NCBI GenBank assembly: GCA_964628585.1
Contig: CAZVMH010000003.1
Location: 28,470-92,469, forward strand
DNA from: an uncultured Candidatus Saccharibacteria bacterium
Lineage (GTDB): Bacteria > Patescibacteriota > UBA1384 > XYA2-FULL-43-10 > 1-14-0-10-43-13
Length of the DNA: 64,000 nucleotides
Direction of reading: 5' to 3'
Shown here: positions 1 to 8,373 of the stretch, piece after piece
Layout of the letters: every line of letters begins with the position of its first letter
How positions within the stretch are numbered: position 1 is the stretch's first letter
Made by a program: the position numbers and the translations under genes
Notes under the pieces: generated by a model
What the model saw: only the letters and a program-made list of their open reading frames with translations
The model's database searches: none
Told to the model about the DNA's origin: nothing

Positions 1-519
1 TGGCCCATTAACGATAAAAAATTGGCTACCGTTTGTATTGGCTCCTGAATTTGCCATTCCCAAAACACCCTCTGTAAAAGGTCTTTGGCTGATTTCATCA
101 TCAAATTTATAACCGGGTCCACCCGTTCCATCCCCTTTCGGATCACCTGTTTGTATCACAAAACCTTTAATAATTCTGTGCCACAACATATTTTTATAAA
201 ATTCTTGCTTAGTCAACTTCTCAAAATTTGCGACTGTGTTTGGCGCGTCATTTTTATAAAACGAGATCTCAATATCTCCCATTGAGGTATGAAGAACTGC
301 TCCCTCTTCTGATCCAGTTTTCGCCCTCAAATAACCCTGCGCTCGCAAAATTGGATATGCCATAATTGCTAAGAAACATAAAACTACAACATAAAAACTT
401 GTTCTTTTCCAAAAAAGTGCCCAGGGATTTTTGGAATAGTAATTTTTAGCAATTATTTCTTTCTTTGTCTTTGCTTTTTCCTCTTTATTTAACCTTTTAA
501 TCTGTGCTTTTTTACCCAT
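1..519 (-). CDS. Cyclophilin-type peptidyl-prolyl isomerase with N-terminal membrane anchor (3' end outside window; absent from ORF track)
   Basis: Hand translation from ATG 519 (GGAG RBS): MGKKAQIKR...TM...AVLHTSMGDIEISFYKNDAPNTVANF...WHRIIKGFVIQTGDPKGDGTGGPGYKFDDE...GVLGMANSGANTNGSQFFI, which are cyclophilin motifs. Confidence 0.93.
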   Translation of the reverse strand, partial: MGKKAQIKRLNKEEKAKTKKEIIAKNYYSKNPWALFWKRTSFYVVVLCFLAIMAYPILRAQGYLRAKTGSEEGAVLHTSMGDIEISFYKNDAPNTVANFEKLTKQEFYKNMLWHRIIKGFVIQTGDPKGDGTGGPGYKFDDEISQRPFTEGVLGMANSGANTNGSQFFIVNGP

Positions 520-558
520 GTTCTCCCAAATTTATGACTTTAAGAGCTTTATGAACTT

Positions 559-2064
559 TTAACTTATATTTGGTTTCTTTTTATGAAAATCGGTTGCTTC
601 CTGAAATACATAACCGACATTTAATAATGTTTGCTCTCCCCACATTGGACCAATCAACTGCATTCCGACCGGCAATTTTTTGCCCTCTCGCTCCACAAAC
701 CCCGCTGGGAGTGACATTGCTGGTACTCCAGCTGGATTGATCGGCACAGTCATCACATCGGATAAATACATTGAAAGTGGATCTGATGATTTTTCACCAA
801 ATTTAAAAGCAGGCATTGGTGAAACTGGTGTTACTAATATATCAACTTCTTTAAATACTTTTTCAAAATCTTGCTTCACTAAAGTTCGTACCTTCTGTGC
901 TTTTTTATAATATGCATCGTAATATCCAGCCGAAAGAACATAGCTTCCAAGCATTATTCTTCTTTTTGCCTCTGGCCCAAATCCTTCTGATCGAGACAAA
1001 GAGTAAACTTCTTCCAATATCTGATCACTCTTTTTTGATTTAATGGTTGAGTGTCCGAAACGAATTCCGTCGTATTTAGCCAAATTTGAGCTAACTTCAG
1101 CAGGCATTAAAACATAATATATCGCCAGTGCATATTTAATCGAAGGTAGAGAGACTTCTATCGTTGTCGCACCTAATGTTTTTAATGTTGCAACTGCATC
1201 TCTGATAATTTTTTCGATATCTGGATCTAACCCGGCTCCATAAAACTCTTTCGGAATGCCGATTTTTAAGCCCTTTATATCTTTTTTGAGTGATTTAAAA
1301 TAGTCTGGCACATCCTTTTCAGAGCTGGTTGAATCAAACTTGTCGTGGCCAGATAAATATTCAAGTAAAATAGCCACGTCTTCAACACTTTTGCCCATTG
1401 GGCCAACTTGATCAAGAGATGAAGCCATTGGCATCACGCCATAACGCGAGACACGGCCATAGGTTGGTTTTAAGCCAGTAATACTGCAAAGACCGGCTGG
1501 CTGACGGATTGATCCCCCTGTGTCTGTTCCGAGTGCTGCAATGCACTCGTCGGCTGCCACCGCCGCGGCCGAACCGCCGGAAGAGCCACCAGGAATTCTG
1601 TCTAAATCCCAGGGATTCCTTGTTGTTGAGTCAAATTTCTTTGCCGTTTTATAGGCCGAAGATTCAGTTGAAGAACCCATGGCAAACTGATCAAGGTTTG
1701 CTTTACCAATCAGAACCGCACCTGCATCCCAGAGCTTCTGAGTTGCTGTTGATTCAAATATCGGAATAAAATCATCGAGAATTTTTGAAGCGGCGGTAGT
1801 TTTGATTCCTTTAGTCAGAAATAGATCTTTAACTGCAATTGGGATACCATCAATTCCCGATAATAATTTGCCGGCTTTTCTTCGTTCATCTGAGGCATTC
1901 GCCATCTCCAAGGCTTTTTCTTTACAAAGTGTAATATATGCCCCAACCAAAGGCTCAACTTCACTAATCCGTTCAAAAATACTCTCGGTTAACTGGACTG
2001 AAGTAATCTCACCACTTTTGAGCTTCTCACTCGCTTCTATAATTGTAAGAGAATATAATTCCAT
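559..2064 (-). CDS. gatA: Asp/Glu-tRNA(Asn/Gln) amidotransferase subunit A
   Basis: Amidase signature GGSSGGSAAAVA, GTDTGGSIRQPA; next to gatC. Confidence 0.97.
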   Translation of the reverse strand: MELYSLTIIEASEKLKSGEITSVQLTESIFERISEVEPLVGAYITLCKEKALEMANASDERRKAGKLLSGIDGIPIAVKDLFLTKGIKTTAASKILDDFIPIFESTATQKLWDAGAVLIGKANLDQFAMGSSTESSAYKTAKKFDSTTRNPWDLDRIPGGSSGGSAAAVAADECIAALGTDTGGSIRQPAGLCSITGLKPTYGRVSRYGVMPMASSLDQVGPMGKSVEDVAILLEYLSGHDKFDSTSSEKDVPDYFKSLKKDIKGLKIGIPKEFYGAGLDPDIEKIIRDAVATLKTLGATTIEVSLPSIKYALAIYYVLMPAEVSSNLAKYDGIRFGHSTIKSKKSDQILEEVYSLSRSEGFGPEAKRRIMLGSYVLSAGYYDAYYKKAQKVRTLVKQDFEKVFKEVDILVTPVSPMPAFKFGEKSSDPLSMYLSDVMTVPINPAGVPAMSLPAGFVEREGKKLPVGMQLIGPMWGEQTLLNVGYVFQEATDFHKKKPNIS

Positions 2065-2066
2065 AA

Positions 2067-2360
2067 TTATTCAAATACTCCTGGTACTACAATACTGCCG
2101 TCTTTGAACTCTGGTGCATTTTTTTCAATATCAAGATAACTTATGCCAGATTCTTCAACCTTATCTTCGCGCATCACATTAGAAAGGTTAGTGATATTGC
2201 TTGTTGGCTCGACACCCTCGGTATCGACTTCAGAAAGCTGGTCAACATATTCGAGCACAGAAGAAAGCTGATCACAGTATTTTTCCTTTTCTTCCTGTGA
2301 CAACTCAAGTTTTGAGAGCTTTGCGATATGTTCAACTTCTTGGATTGTAAGTTTTGCCAT
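2067..2360 (-). CDS. gatC: Amidotransferase subunit C
   Basis: VEHIAKLSKL...VDTEGVEPT...NVMRED; directly upstream of gatA. Confidence 0.95.
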   Translation of the reverse strand: MAKLTIQEVEHIAKLSKLELSQEEKEKYCDQLSSVLEYVDQLSEVDTEGVEPTSNITNLSNVMREDKVEESGISYLDIEKNAPEFKDGSIVVPGVFE

Positions 2361-2429
2361 AATTCAAAATTTGCTATCAACATAGTTAGTTATCAGGCTA
2401 ATACTAGCACCAATCGCTTTTGAGTTCAA

Positions 2430-4463
2430 TTATTTTATTAACTCCAAAAATTTCTTTTCATCAATAATTTTGACGCCGAGTTTCTGGGCTCGATCCAGTT
2501 TTGAGCCCGCTTCCTCACCTGCTACCACGTAGTCGACTTTTTTGCTGATTGATTCCGAGCTATCTCCACCGTATTTTCGCACTTGTGATTTTGCTTCATC
2601 GCGCGTCATTGATTCCATTCCACCAGTAAAAACGAATGTTTTTCCTGCAATAGTTTCTTTGTGATGAATTTTTTCTGGAGCAGTAATCTTGACACCATTT
2701 TTGACAAGTCGCTCGACGAATTCGATATTTTTTTTATTCTGAAAATAGTCAAAGATGCTTTTTGCCACAACAGGACCAATATCATAAATTGCATTTATAT
2801 CTTCCAGATCAGCTTTCATCAATCTTTCGATTGATCGATATTTTTCAGCTAGATCTATCGCTGTTTCTTCTCCAACATTGCGAATTCCAAGCGCGTAGAT
2901 AAATTGCGCTAACGATATTTCTTTCGATTTTTCGACTGAATCTATTGCGTTCTGGGCTGATTTTTCAGCAAAACGCTCAAGTGGTTCAAGGTCTCCGATT
3001 TTTAGAGTAAAAATATCCGAAGCATCTTTAATCAAGCCCTCGCTGGCCAGTTTTTCGATGATTTTTGGTCCAAGTCCATCCATATCAAATGCTTTTTTCG
3101 AAACAAAATGCTCAAACTGACGCAATCTAACTGCAAAACAGTTTTTTGATAAACATCGAAACGCCACTTCCCCCTCTTTGCGCACCACTTTGCCGCTACA
3201 GTCAGGACAAACCTTCGGCATCACAAATTTCTTTTCTTTACCATTGCGAAGCTCTTTGATTGATTTAACCACTTCTGGAATAACATCACCTGCTTTGCGA
3301 ATTACAACAGTATCGCCAATCCTGATATCTTTCTTCTTAATCTCGTCCATATTATGCAAGGTTGCTCGCGATACCGTTGAACCTGCTACCACTACTGAAT
3401 TGAATTCAGCCGTAGGAGTCAAAACTCCAGTTCTTCCCACTCGTACTCTTATATCTTCAATTTTTGTTGTAACTTCTTCAGCCGGCCATTTAAGTGCGAC
3501 TGCTCCGCGAGGCGCTTTGCCAACTACCCCTAACTTGTTAAATAATGCTTCGTTGTTTACATTCACAACCATACCATCAATTTGATATGGCAATTTTTGA
3601 CGTAATTTTTTCCAATCATGCCAAAGACTAATAATTCTCTCTATACTTGGCTCGAATCGATTATATTGATTCGTTGGTAATCCTAAATCTTTAATAGCCT
3701 CGTGCTCCTCTTCATGCGTTTTGTTTTCAATCCCTATGAAAGAATAACCCATAAAGCTAAGATTGCGCGAAGCAGAGATTTTTGGATCGAGCTGGCGGAT
3801 AGATCCAGCGGCTGCATTTCTAGGGTTAGCGAAGAGCGTTTCACCCTTGTTTTTGCGTTCTCTGTTCAATACCTCGAAGGACGATGTGGGCATATATATT
3901 TCGCCTCTAATCTCGATCGTTTTGCGCTCAATCAGATGATATATCTTTGATTTTTCTCGAAGTTTTAGCGGAATACTTTTAATGGTTCGAATGTTATTTG
4001 TTACATCTTCGCCAACTTTACCATCTCCTCTTGTTAGTGCTTGTACAAATTCACCGTTTTCATATATTAACGCAATGGCTAAGCCGTCCATCTTAATTTC
4101 ACAGTAATAGCCAGATTTGTTTAACTCACTTGGTTTGACTAATCGCGACATTCGAGACAACCAATCTCTGATTTCCTGTTCGTCAAAAGCATCGTTCAGC
4201 GAAAGCATTGGCGATTCATGTGGAAAGCTTTTGAATGATTTAGCCGGCTCTCCGCCTATTTTCTGTGAGGGCGAAGATATTGTCATTAATTCGGGAAATT
4301 TTTGCTCCAAAGCAACCAATTCTCGCATCAGAGAATCATATTGCGCATCAGTTACGCTGGGCGTATCCAGCGTATGATATTCATAGCGCTTTTCATCTAT
4401 GACTTTGCGTAATTTTTCGATTCGCTCACGTGCTTCTTTTTTTGTAATACTTCCAATTTCCAT
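2430..4463 (-). CDS. ligA: NAD-dependent DNA ligase
   Basis: EIKMDG adenylation motif, TRGDG, NPRNAAAGS, Zn finger, HhH, C-terminal BRCT. Confidence 0.98.
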   Translation of the reverse strand: MEIGSITKKEARERIEKLRKVIDEKRYEYHTLDTPSVTDAQYDSLMRELVALEQKFPELMTISSPSQKIGGEPAKSFKSFPHESPMLSLNDAFDEQEIRDWLSRMSRLVKPSELNKSGYYCEIKMDGLAIALIYENGEFVQALTRGDGKVGEDVTNNIRTIKSIPLKLREKSKIYHLIERKTIEIRGEIYMPTSSFEVLNRERKNKGETLFANPRNAAAGSIRQLDPKISASRNLSFMGYSFIGIENKTHEEEHEAIKDLGLPTNQYNRFEPSIERIISLWHDWKKLRQKLPYQIDGMVVNVNNEALFNKLGVVGKAPRGAVALKWPAEEVTTKIEDIRVRVGRTGVLTPTAEFNSVVVAGSTVSRATLHNMDEIKKKDIRIGDTVVIRKAGDVIPEVVKSIKELRNGKEKKFVMPKVCPDCSGKVVRKEGEVAFRCLSKNCFAVRLRQFEHFVSKKAFDMDGLGPKIIEKLASEGLIKDASDIFTLKIGDLEPLERFAEKSAQNAIDSVEKSKEISLAQFIYALGIRNVGEETAIDLAEKYRSIERLMKADLEDINAIYDIGPVVAKSIFDYFQNKKNIEFVERLVKNGVKITAPEKIHHKETIAGKTFVFTGGMESMTRDEAKSQVRKYGGDSSESISKKVDYVVAGEEAGSKLDRAQKLGVKIIDEKKFLELIK

Positions 4464-4558
4464 ACTTTGATTCTAGCACAAAGGCAAAAGAGTTCAATAA
4501 GCTTGATTAATTTAAAAATAGTGCTACAATATTGACACTGCCCAAAGGAGGTCGCACA

Positions 4559-5554
4559 ATGAAAATCGCAGTTGATGCAATGGGGGGCGATCACGCGCCA
4601 CTCGAAGTCGTCAAAGGAACAGTCGAGATTTCAGGAACTCCTGAGTTAACCGTCGTACTTGTAGGCGACGAGATTGCCATTTGGAACGAGCTCATAAAGT
4701 ACCCTGCATCCTGTCGAGGACATATTATGGTTCAGCACGCTTCCGAAGCAGTTGGAATGGGAGAACAGCCTGCCAATATCATTCGGAACAAACCCGACTC
4801 TTCGGTTGTTGTCTGTGCTAATTTGGTCAAAAACGGAAGCACAGAAGGTATGTTCAGCGCTGGAAACACCGGCGCTGTAATGTCCGTTGCAACACTTCGG
4901 TTAGGCCGAATAAGAGGATCCGATCGCCCTGCGATCGCCACAGTCCTTCCCATGACAAATGGCAAGTTAGGAGTTCTATTGGACGCTGGTGCCAATGTTG
5001 ATTGCACAGAGGAGAATTTAACCCAGTTTGCTTTGATGGGAGAAGCCTACGCATGGAGTATTCTCGGAATTGAAAATCCTAGAGTGGCCCTTCTCAACAT
5101 CGGTGAAGAAACAAGTAAGGGCAATAAGCTCACTAAGGCAACTAACAAAATACTTGCTGAACTGAAGGGGCTCAACTTCATTGGGAACCTTGATGCTAAG
5201 AGGTTTTTGAGCGGTGAAGCTGACGTGATTGTCTGTGACGGATTCGCCGGTAATCTCGTACTCAAGATTGCAGAGGGAACTGCCGAAGCCGTAGGCGATA
5301 TCTTGAAGTTGGAGATGAGCAAAAGCATCATATACAAGCTTGGCGGAGCTCTGATGCATCCAGCAGCAAGGAAAGCAAAGACTAAGCTCTCCTATGAAGA
5401 GTACGGAGGTGCACCTCTCCTTGGTGTTAACGGCGTCTGTCTTATCGGCCACGGCCGTTCAAACTCTAAGGCAATTGCAAACGGCATTAGGGCAACGGCA
5501 AGAGCAGTCAAGGCCGATCTCGTCTGGAAAATCACAAAGAACTTGGCAACATAG
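4559..5554 (+). CDS. plsX: Phosphate acyltransferase PlsX
   Basis: MKIAVDAMGGDHAP, SAGNTGA, LLDAGANVD, LLNIGEE, DVIVCDGFAGNLVLK, YGGAPLLG, IGHGRS; AAGGAGG RBS before ATG 4559. Confidence 0.96.
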   Translation: MKIAVDAMGGDHAPLEVVKGTVEISGTPELTVVLVGDEIAIWNELIKYPASCRGHIMVQHASEAVGMGEQPANIIRNKPDSSVVVCANLVKNGSTEGMFSAGNTGAVMSVATLRLGRIRGSDRPAIATVLPMTNGKLGVLLDAGANVDCTEENLTQFALMGEAYAWSILGIENPRVALLNIGEETSKGNKLTKATNKILAELKGLNFIGNLDAKRFLSGEADVIVCDGFAGNLVLKIAEGTAEAVGDILKLEMSKSIIYKLGGALMHPAARKAKTKLSYEEYGGAPLLGVNGVCLIGHGRSNSKAIANGIRATARAVKADLVWKITKNLAT

Positions 5555-5575
5555 TCAAGTCACGATCGAACGCAT

Positions 5576-5611
5576 AATTGCGCACTGACTTTTGGCCAGT
5601 GCGCAATTTCT
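5576..5611 (+). terminator. Hairpin after plsX
   Basis: AATTGCGCACTG / CAGTGCGCAATT 12-bp inverted repeat followed by a T-rich tract. Confidence 0.7.
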
Positions 5612-5620
5612 TATACAAAG

Positions 5621-5651
5621 TGGCCGCTCTCTCTTCAAGAAAGAACGGCCA
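5621..5651 (-). terminator. Hairpin after the 46-aa ORF
   Basis: Minus strand TGGCCGTTCTTTC-TTGAA-GAGAGAGCGGCCA followed by CTTTGT. Confidence 0.55.
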
Positions 5652-5663
5652 GTACCTAAGCGA

Positions 5664-5804
5664 CTAGAATGTCGTCAGCGCCAACAGTAGTTGGCTAGTA
5701 TCGGATACCTCCGAGATTAGTTCACTCGGATCGATCTGTTCGGACTCTGGTTTAGTTACCTCATCGGGATGAGTAAGAACAAGTTCATTCTCTGCACTAT
5801 TCAC
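5664..5804 (-). CDS. Small acidic hypothetical peptide, 46 aa (not in ORF track)
   Basis: AGGGGG RBS, GTG start, (M)NSAENELVLTHPDEVTKPESEQIDPSELISEVSDTSQLLLALTTF*, then a hairpin. Confidence 0.5.
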   Translation of the reverse strand: MNSAENELVLTHPDEVTKPESEQIDPSELISEVSDTSQLLLALTTF

Positions 5805-5996
5805 TTTCTAACACCCCCTAGAATTACATTTCGGTTAATTTAAGAATATAATAATTAAATAATTTATTCAAATTTTTCATTATAACGCAAAAACCGAGCC
5901 TTTTTAGAGGTTCGGCCAATATTTGAATCTGATGTTTGGATGTTTGGGAGCTGGTCGGCATTACACCAACCAGCTCCCAGTGATACTTCTCTCCCG

Positions 5997-6359
5997 CTAG
6001 ATATACTTATCCCAGATGTGCTCGGCTTCATTCCAGAGAGCCCATACAATGACTCTTTCTGGATGATTGCCAGGTGCACCAGTGGGTCTTTCTGTCTGAT
6101 CCAGAACACTAGACCAGAAGGCTACGTTTCCTCGCAGCAAACGACAAGCCTCCTCTATCTCCTTAAGCAGATGGGATGGCACTATGTCCTGCTTTGTCAT
6201 GCGGACATAGGCTCCCACCGCTTTGTCGGCCTTTAGCTTCTCAAGCAACTCTTCGAGTTCATCAGCAGAAGCATTCCTGGCAAGCGGGAACAGGCCGTTT
6301 TGCCCAAAAAGGGCCTTAGCCTGCGCTTCTTCTTTCTCTCGCGTACTTCCTGCTATCAT
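5997..6359 (-). CDS. Hypothetical protein, 120 aa
   Basis: AAGGAG RBS before ATG 6359 (MIAGSTREK...); consensus promoter upstream. Confidence 0.7.
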   Translation of the reverse strand: MIAGSTREKEEAQAKALFGQNGLFPLARNASADELEELLEKLKADKAVGAYVRMTKQDIVPSHLLKEIEEACRLLRGNVAFWSSVLDQTERPTGAPGNHPERVIVWALWNEAEHIWDKYI

Positions 6360-6425
6360 GATTATCTCCTTTGTACTACGGGAGAGAGTGAGGATTTTAT
6401 AACGGTTCCCCAACCGAGTCTCAAT

Positions 6426-6454
6426 ATTATAAGTCTATTATTATTATTTGTCAA
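6426..6454 (-). promoter_or_regulatory. Consensus sigma70 promoter for the 120-aa ORF
   Basis: Minus strand TTGACA-N17-TATAAT, exact. Confidence 0.8.
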
Positions 6455-6508
6455 GTAGAATAAAAGATCAGGAATTCACAGCCCCGAAGAGGAACCTTCC
6501 GTTCATGG

Positions 6509-7399
6509 CTATGCTGTCATGTGGCGTAGAATTTTGATCCGCTCCGCTATCGGCGGATGAGTTGAAAATATTTTTGAAATATAACTTTCTTTGCCAAAAG
6601 GATTTGCAATATATAGATGTGACGTGGCTGAGCTTTTCTTTTGCATCGGCTTATTATATTTACCTATCTTTTCCAGTGCCGAAGCCAAACCTTCGGGATA
6701 TCTTGTTAACAGTGTACCAGTTGAGTCAGCTAGAAATTCTCTCTTGCGAGAGATCGCCAATTGGACCAAAGTCGCTACAATTGGAGCCAAAATCGCCGCT
6801 ACAATTCCAAGCAATATCATTGGACCGTTGTTATTATTGTTGTTGTCTCCGAATCCCCAAAATCTTATTCGAATAAAAATATCAGAAACGAGAGCAATAA
6901 TACCAACTAAAATTACAACCAAAGTCATCAAACGAATATCGTAATTACCAATATGTGAAAGCTCATGTGCTACTACTCCTTCGAGCTCATTGTCCTCCAT
7001 TATATCTAATAAACCAGATGTTACTGCAAGAGAAGACATCTTTGGGTCTTTTCCAGTTGCAAATGCATTTGGTGCAGGATCAGAAATTATATATACCTTC
7101 GGAATTGGCAACCCAGCCGTGATTGCAAGATTTTCGACGATTCTCCAGAGTCTCGGATTGTCTTTTTTTTGAATCTCTTTCGCTCCAGATATGGCTAAAG
7201 CAATTTTGTCACCCGAATAATAACCTACGAGTGCTTGTCCTACACTAATAATAACCGCAATATACAAAATAATCGGCGAATTGTAGACTCGGGCAAAAAT
7301 CCAGCCAATCGCGATAACCAATATTAAAAAGAATCCTACAAGTAGGACACTTTTTCTTTTGTTTGACTCAATTTGATCGTAAACAACCATAAGAACCAA
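6509..7399 (-). CDS. htpX: M48 membrane zinc protease HtpX
   Basis: PNAFATG, AHELSH (HExxH), SRKREFLAD, FSTHPP; downstream of lemA. Confidence 0.95.
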   Translation of the reverse strand: MVLMVVYDQIESNKRKSVLLVGFFLILVIAIGWIFARVYNSPIILYIAVIISVGQALVGYYSGDKIALAISGAKEIQKKDNPRLWRIVENLAITAGLPIPKVYIISDPAPNAFATGKDPKMSSLAVTSGLLDIMEDNELEGVVAHELSHIGNYDIRLMTLVVILVGIIALVSDIFIRIRFWGFGDNNNNNNGPMILLGIVAAILAPIVATLVQLAISRKREFLADSTGTLLTRYPEGLASALEKIGKYNKPMQKKSSATSHLYIANPFGKESYISKIFSTHPPIAERIKILRHMTA

Positions 7400-7403
7400 T
7401 CAA

Positions 7404-7763
7404 TTATATTTTTTCAGCCAAAACACCAATAACTGGTAAGTGTCGTTCTCTTCCTAAAAATACATTTATAATGCCTGCAAGTAGAAAAATTGCATAGAAT
7501 ACTACAACTATCCAAGAAAGAATTGGGATATAAAGCGCGAAAAGTCCGAAAGTTACAAAAGCAAGCAATAAAAGTCCCTGCTTCGCATGAAATCGAACAA
7601 ATGGTTTGTTTTTTGAAAAAATTAAAGAGAAAATTACTAAAACATGAAGATAGGCCAAAATACTAAGCAGTGTCGTTAGATTCAACTTTCGCAAGTGTAT
7701 ATGTAGATTTAAACTCTTTAAAAAACTAACAATATTTACTTTTGGCAATGCAATTTTTTTCAT
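7404..7763 (-). CDS. DUF4870/Tic20-like small membrane protein
   Basis: FVRFHAKQGLLL...LPVIG motif; three hydrophobic segments. Confidence 0.75.
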   Translation of the reverse strand: MKKIALPKVNIVSFLKSLNLHIHLRKLNLTTLLSILAYLHVLVIFSLIFSKNKPFVRFHAKQGLLLLAFVTFGLFALYIPILSWIVVVFYAIFLLAGIINVFLGRERHLPVIGVLAEKI

Positions 7764-8338
7764 TATTTGTCCTCTTTATTTGTATTGAAATCAACTTTGA
7801 CCGGCTCTTTTGCTCCAGCTTGTTCAAGTTCGAAAAGTTCGCGTTCTTTAAATCCAAGATTCTTTGCAAAAATATTTGTTGGGAAAGTTTGAATAGCAAT
7901 ATTTAGATCTCTGACATTGCCATTGTAAAATCGACGAGAAGCTTGAATTTTATCCTCTGTGTCAGTGATTTCAGACTGCAATTGGCTAAAATTCTCACTT
8001 GCTTTGAGTTCTGGATATGCTTCTGCCACAGCAAAAACTGACTTTAATGATTCTGTTAGCATATTTTCAGCTTTTGATTTATCTGCCACCCCTTTAGCAC
8101 TTAAAGCTTCAGTTCTAGCCTTTGTTACGTTTTCAAAAACCGACTTCTCGTGTTTAGCATAGCCCTTTACTGTCTCAACTAAATTTGGAATAAGATCATA
8201 TCTTCTTTTCAGTTGGACAGCAATATCACTCCAAGCTTCGCTTGTTCGAACATTTAGTTTAACCAATCTGTTATAAATTGATATAACAATTATTACAATA
8301 ACCGCTACTATAATTAACACGATCCATAATGTTGCCAT
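7763..8338 (-). CDS. lemA: LemA family protein
   Basis: [44 protein letters not shown]; AGGAG RBS before ATG 8338. Confidence 0.95.
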   Translation of the reverse strand: MATLWIVLIIVAVIVIIVISIYNRLVKLNVRTSEAWSDIAVQLKRRYDLIPNLVETVKGYAKHEKSVFENVTKARTEALSAKGVADKSKAENMLTESLKSVFAVAEAYPELKASENFSQLQSEITDTEDKIQASRRFYNGNVRDLNIAIQTFPTNIFAKNLGFKERELFELEQAGAKEPVKVDFNTNKEDK

Positions 8339-8373
8339 TTTTACTCCTGACGAAGCCAATTAATTAACCCTAT

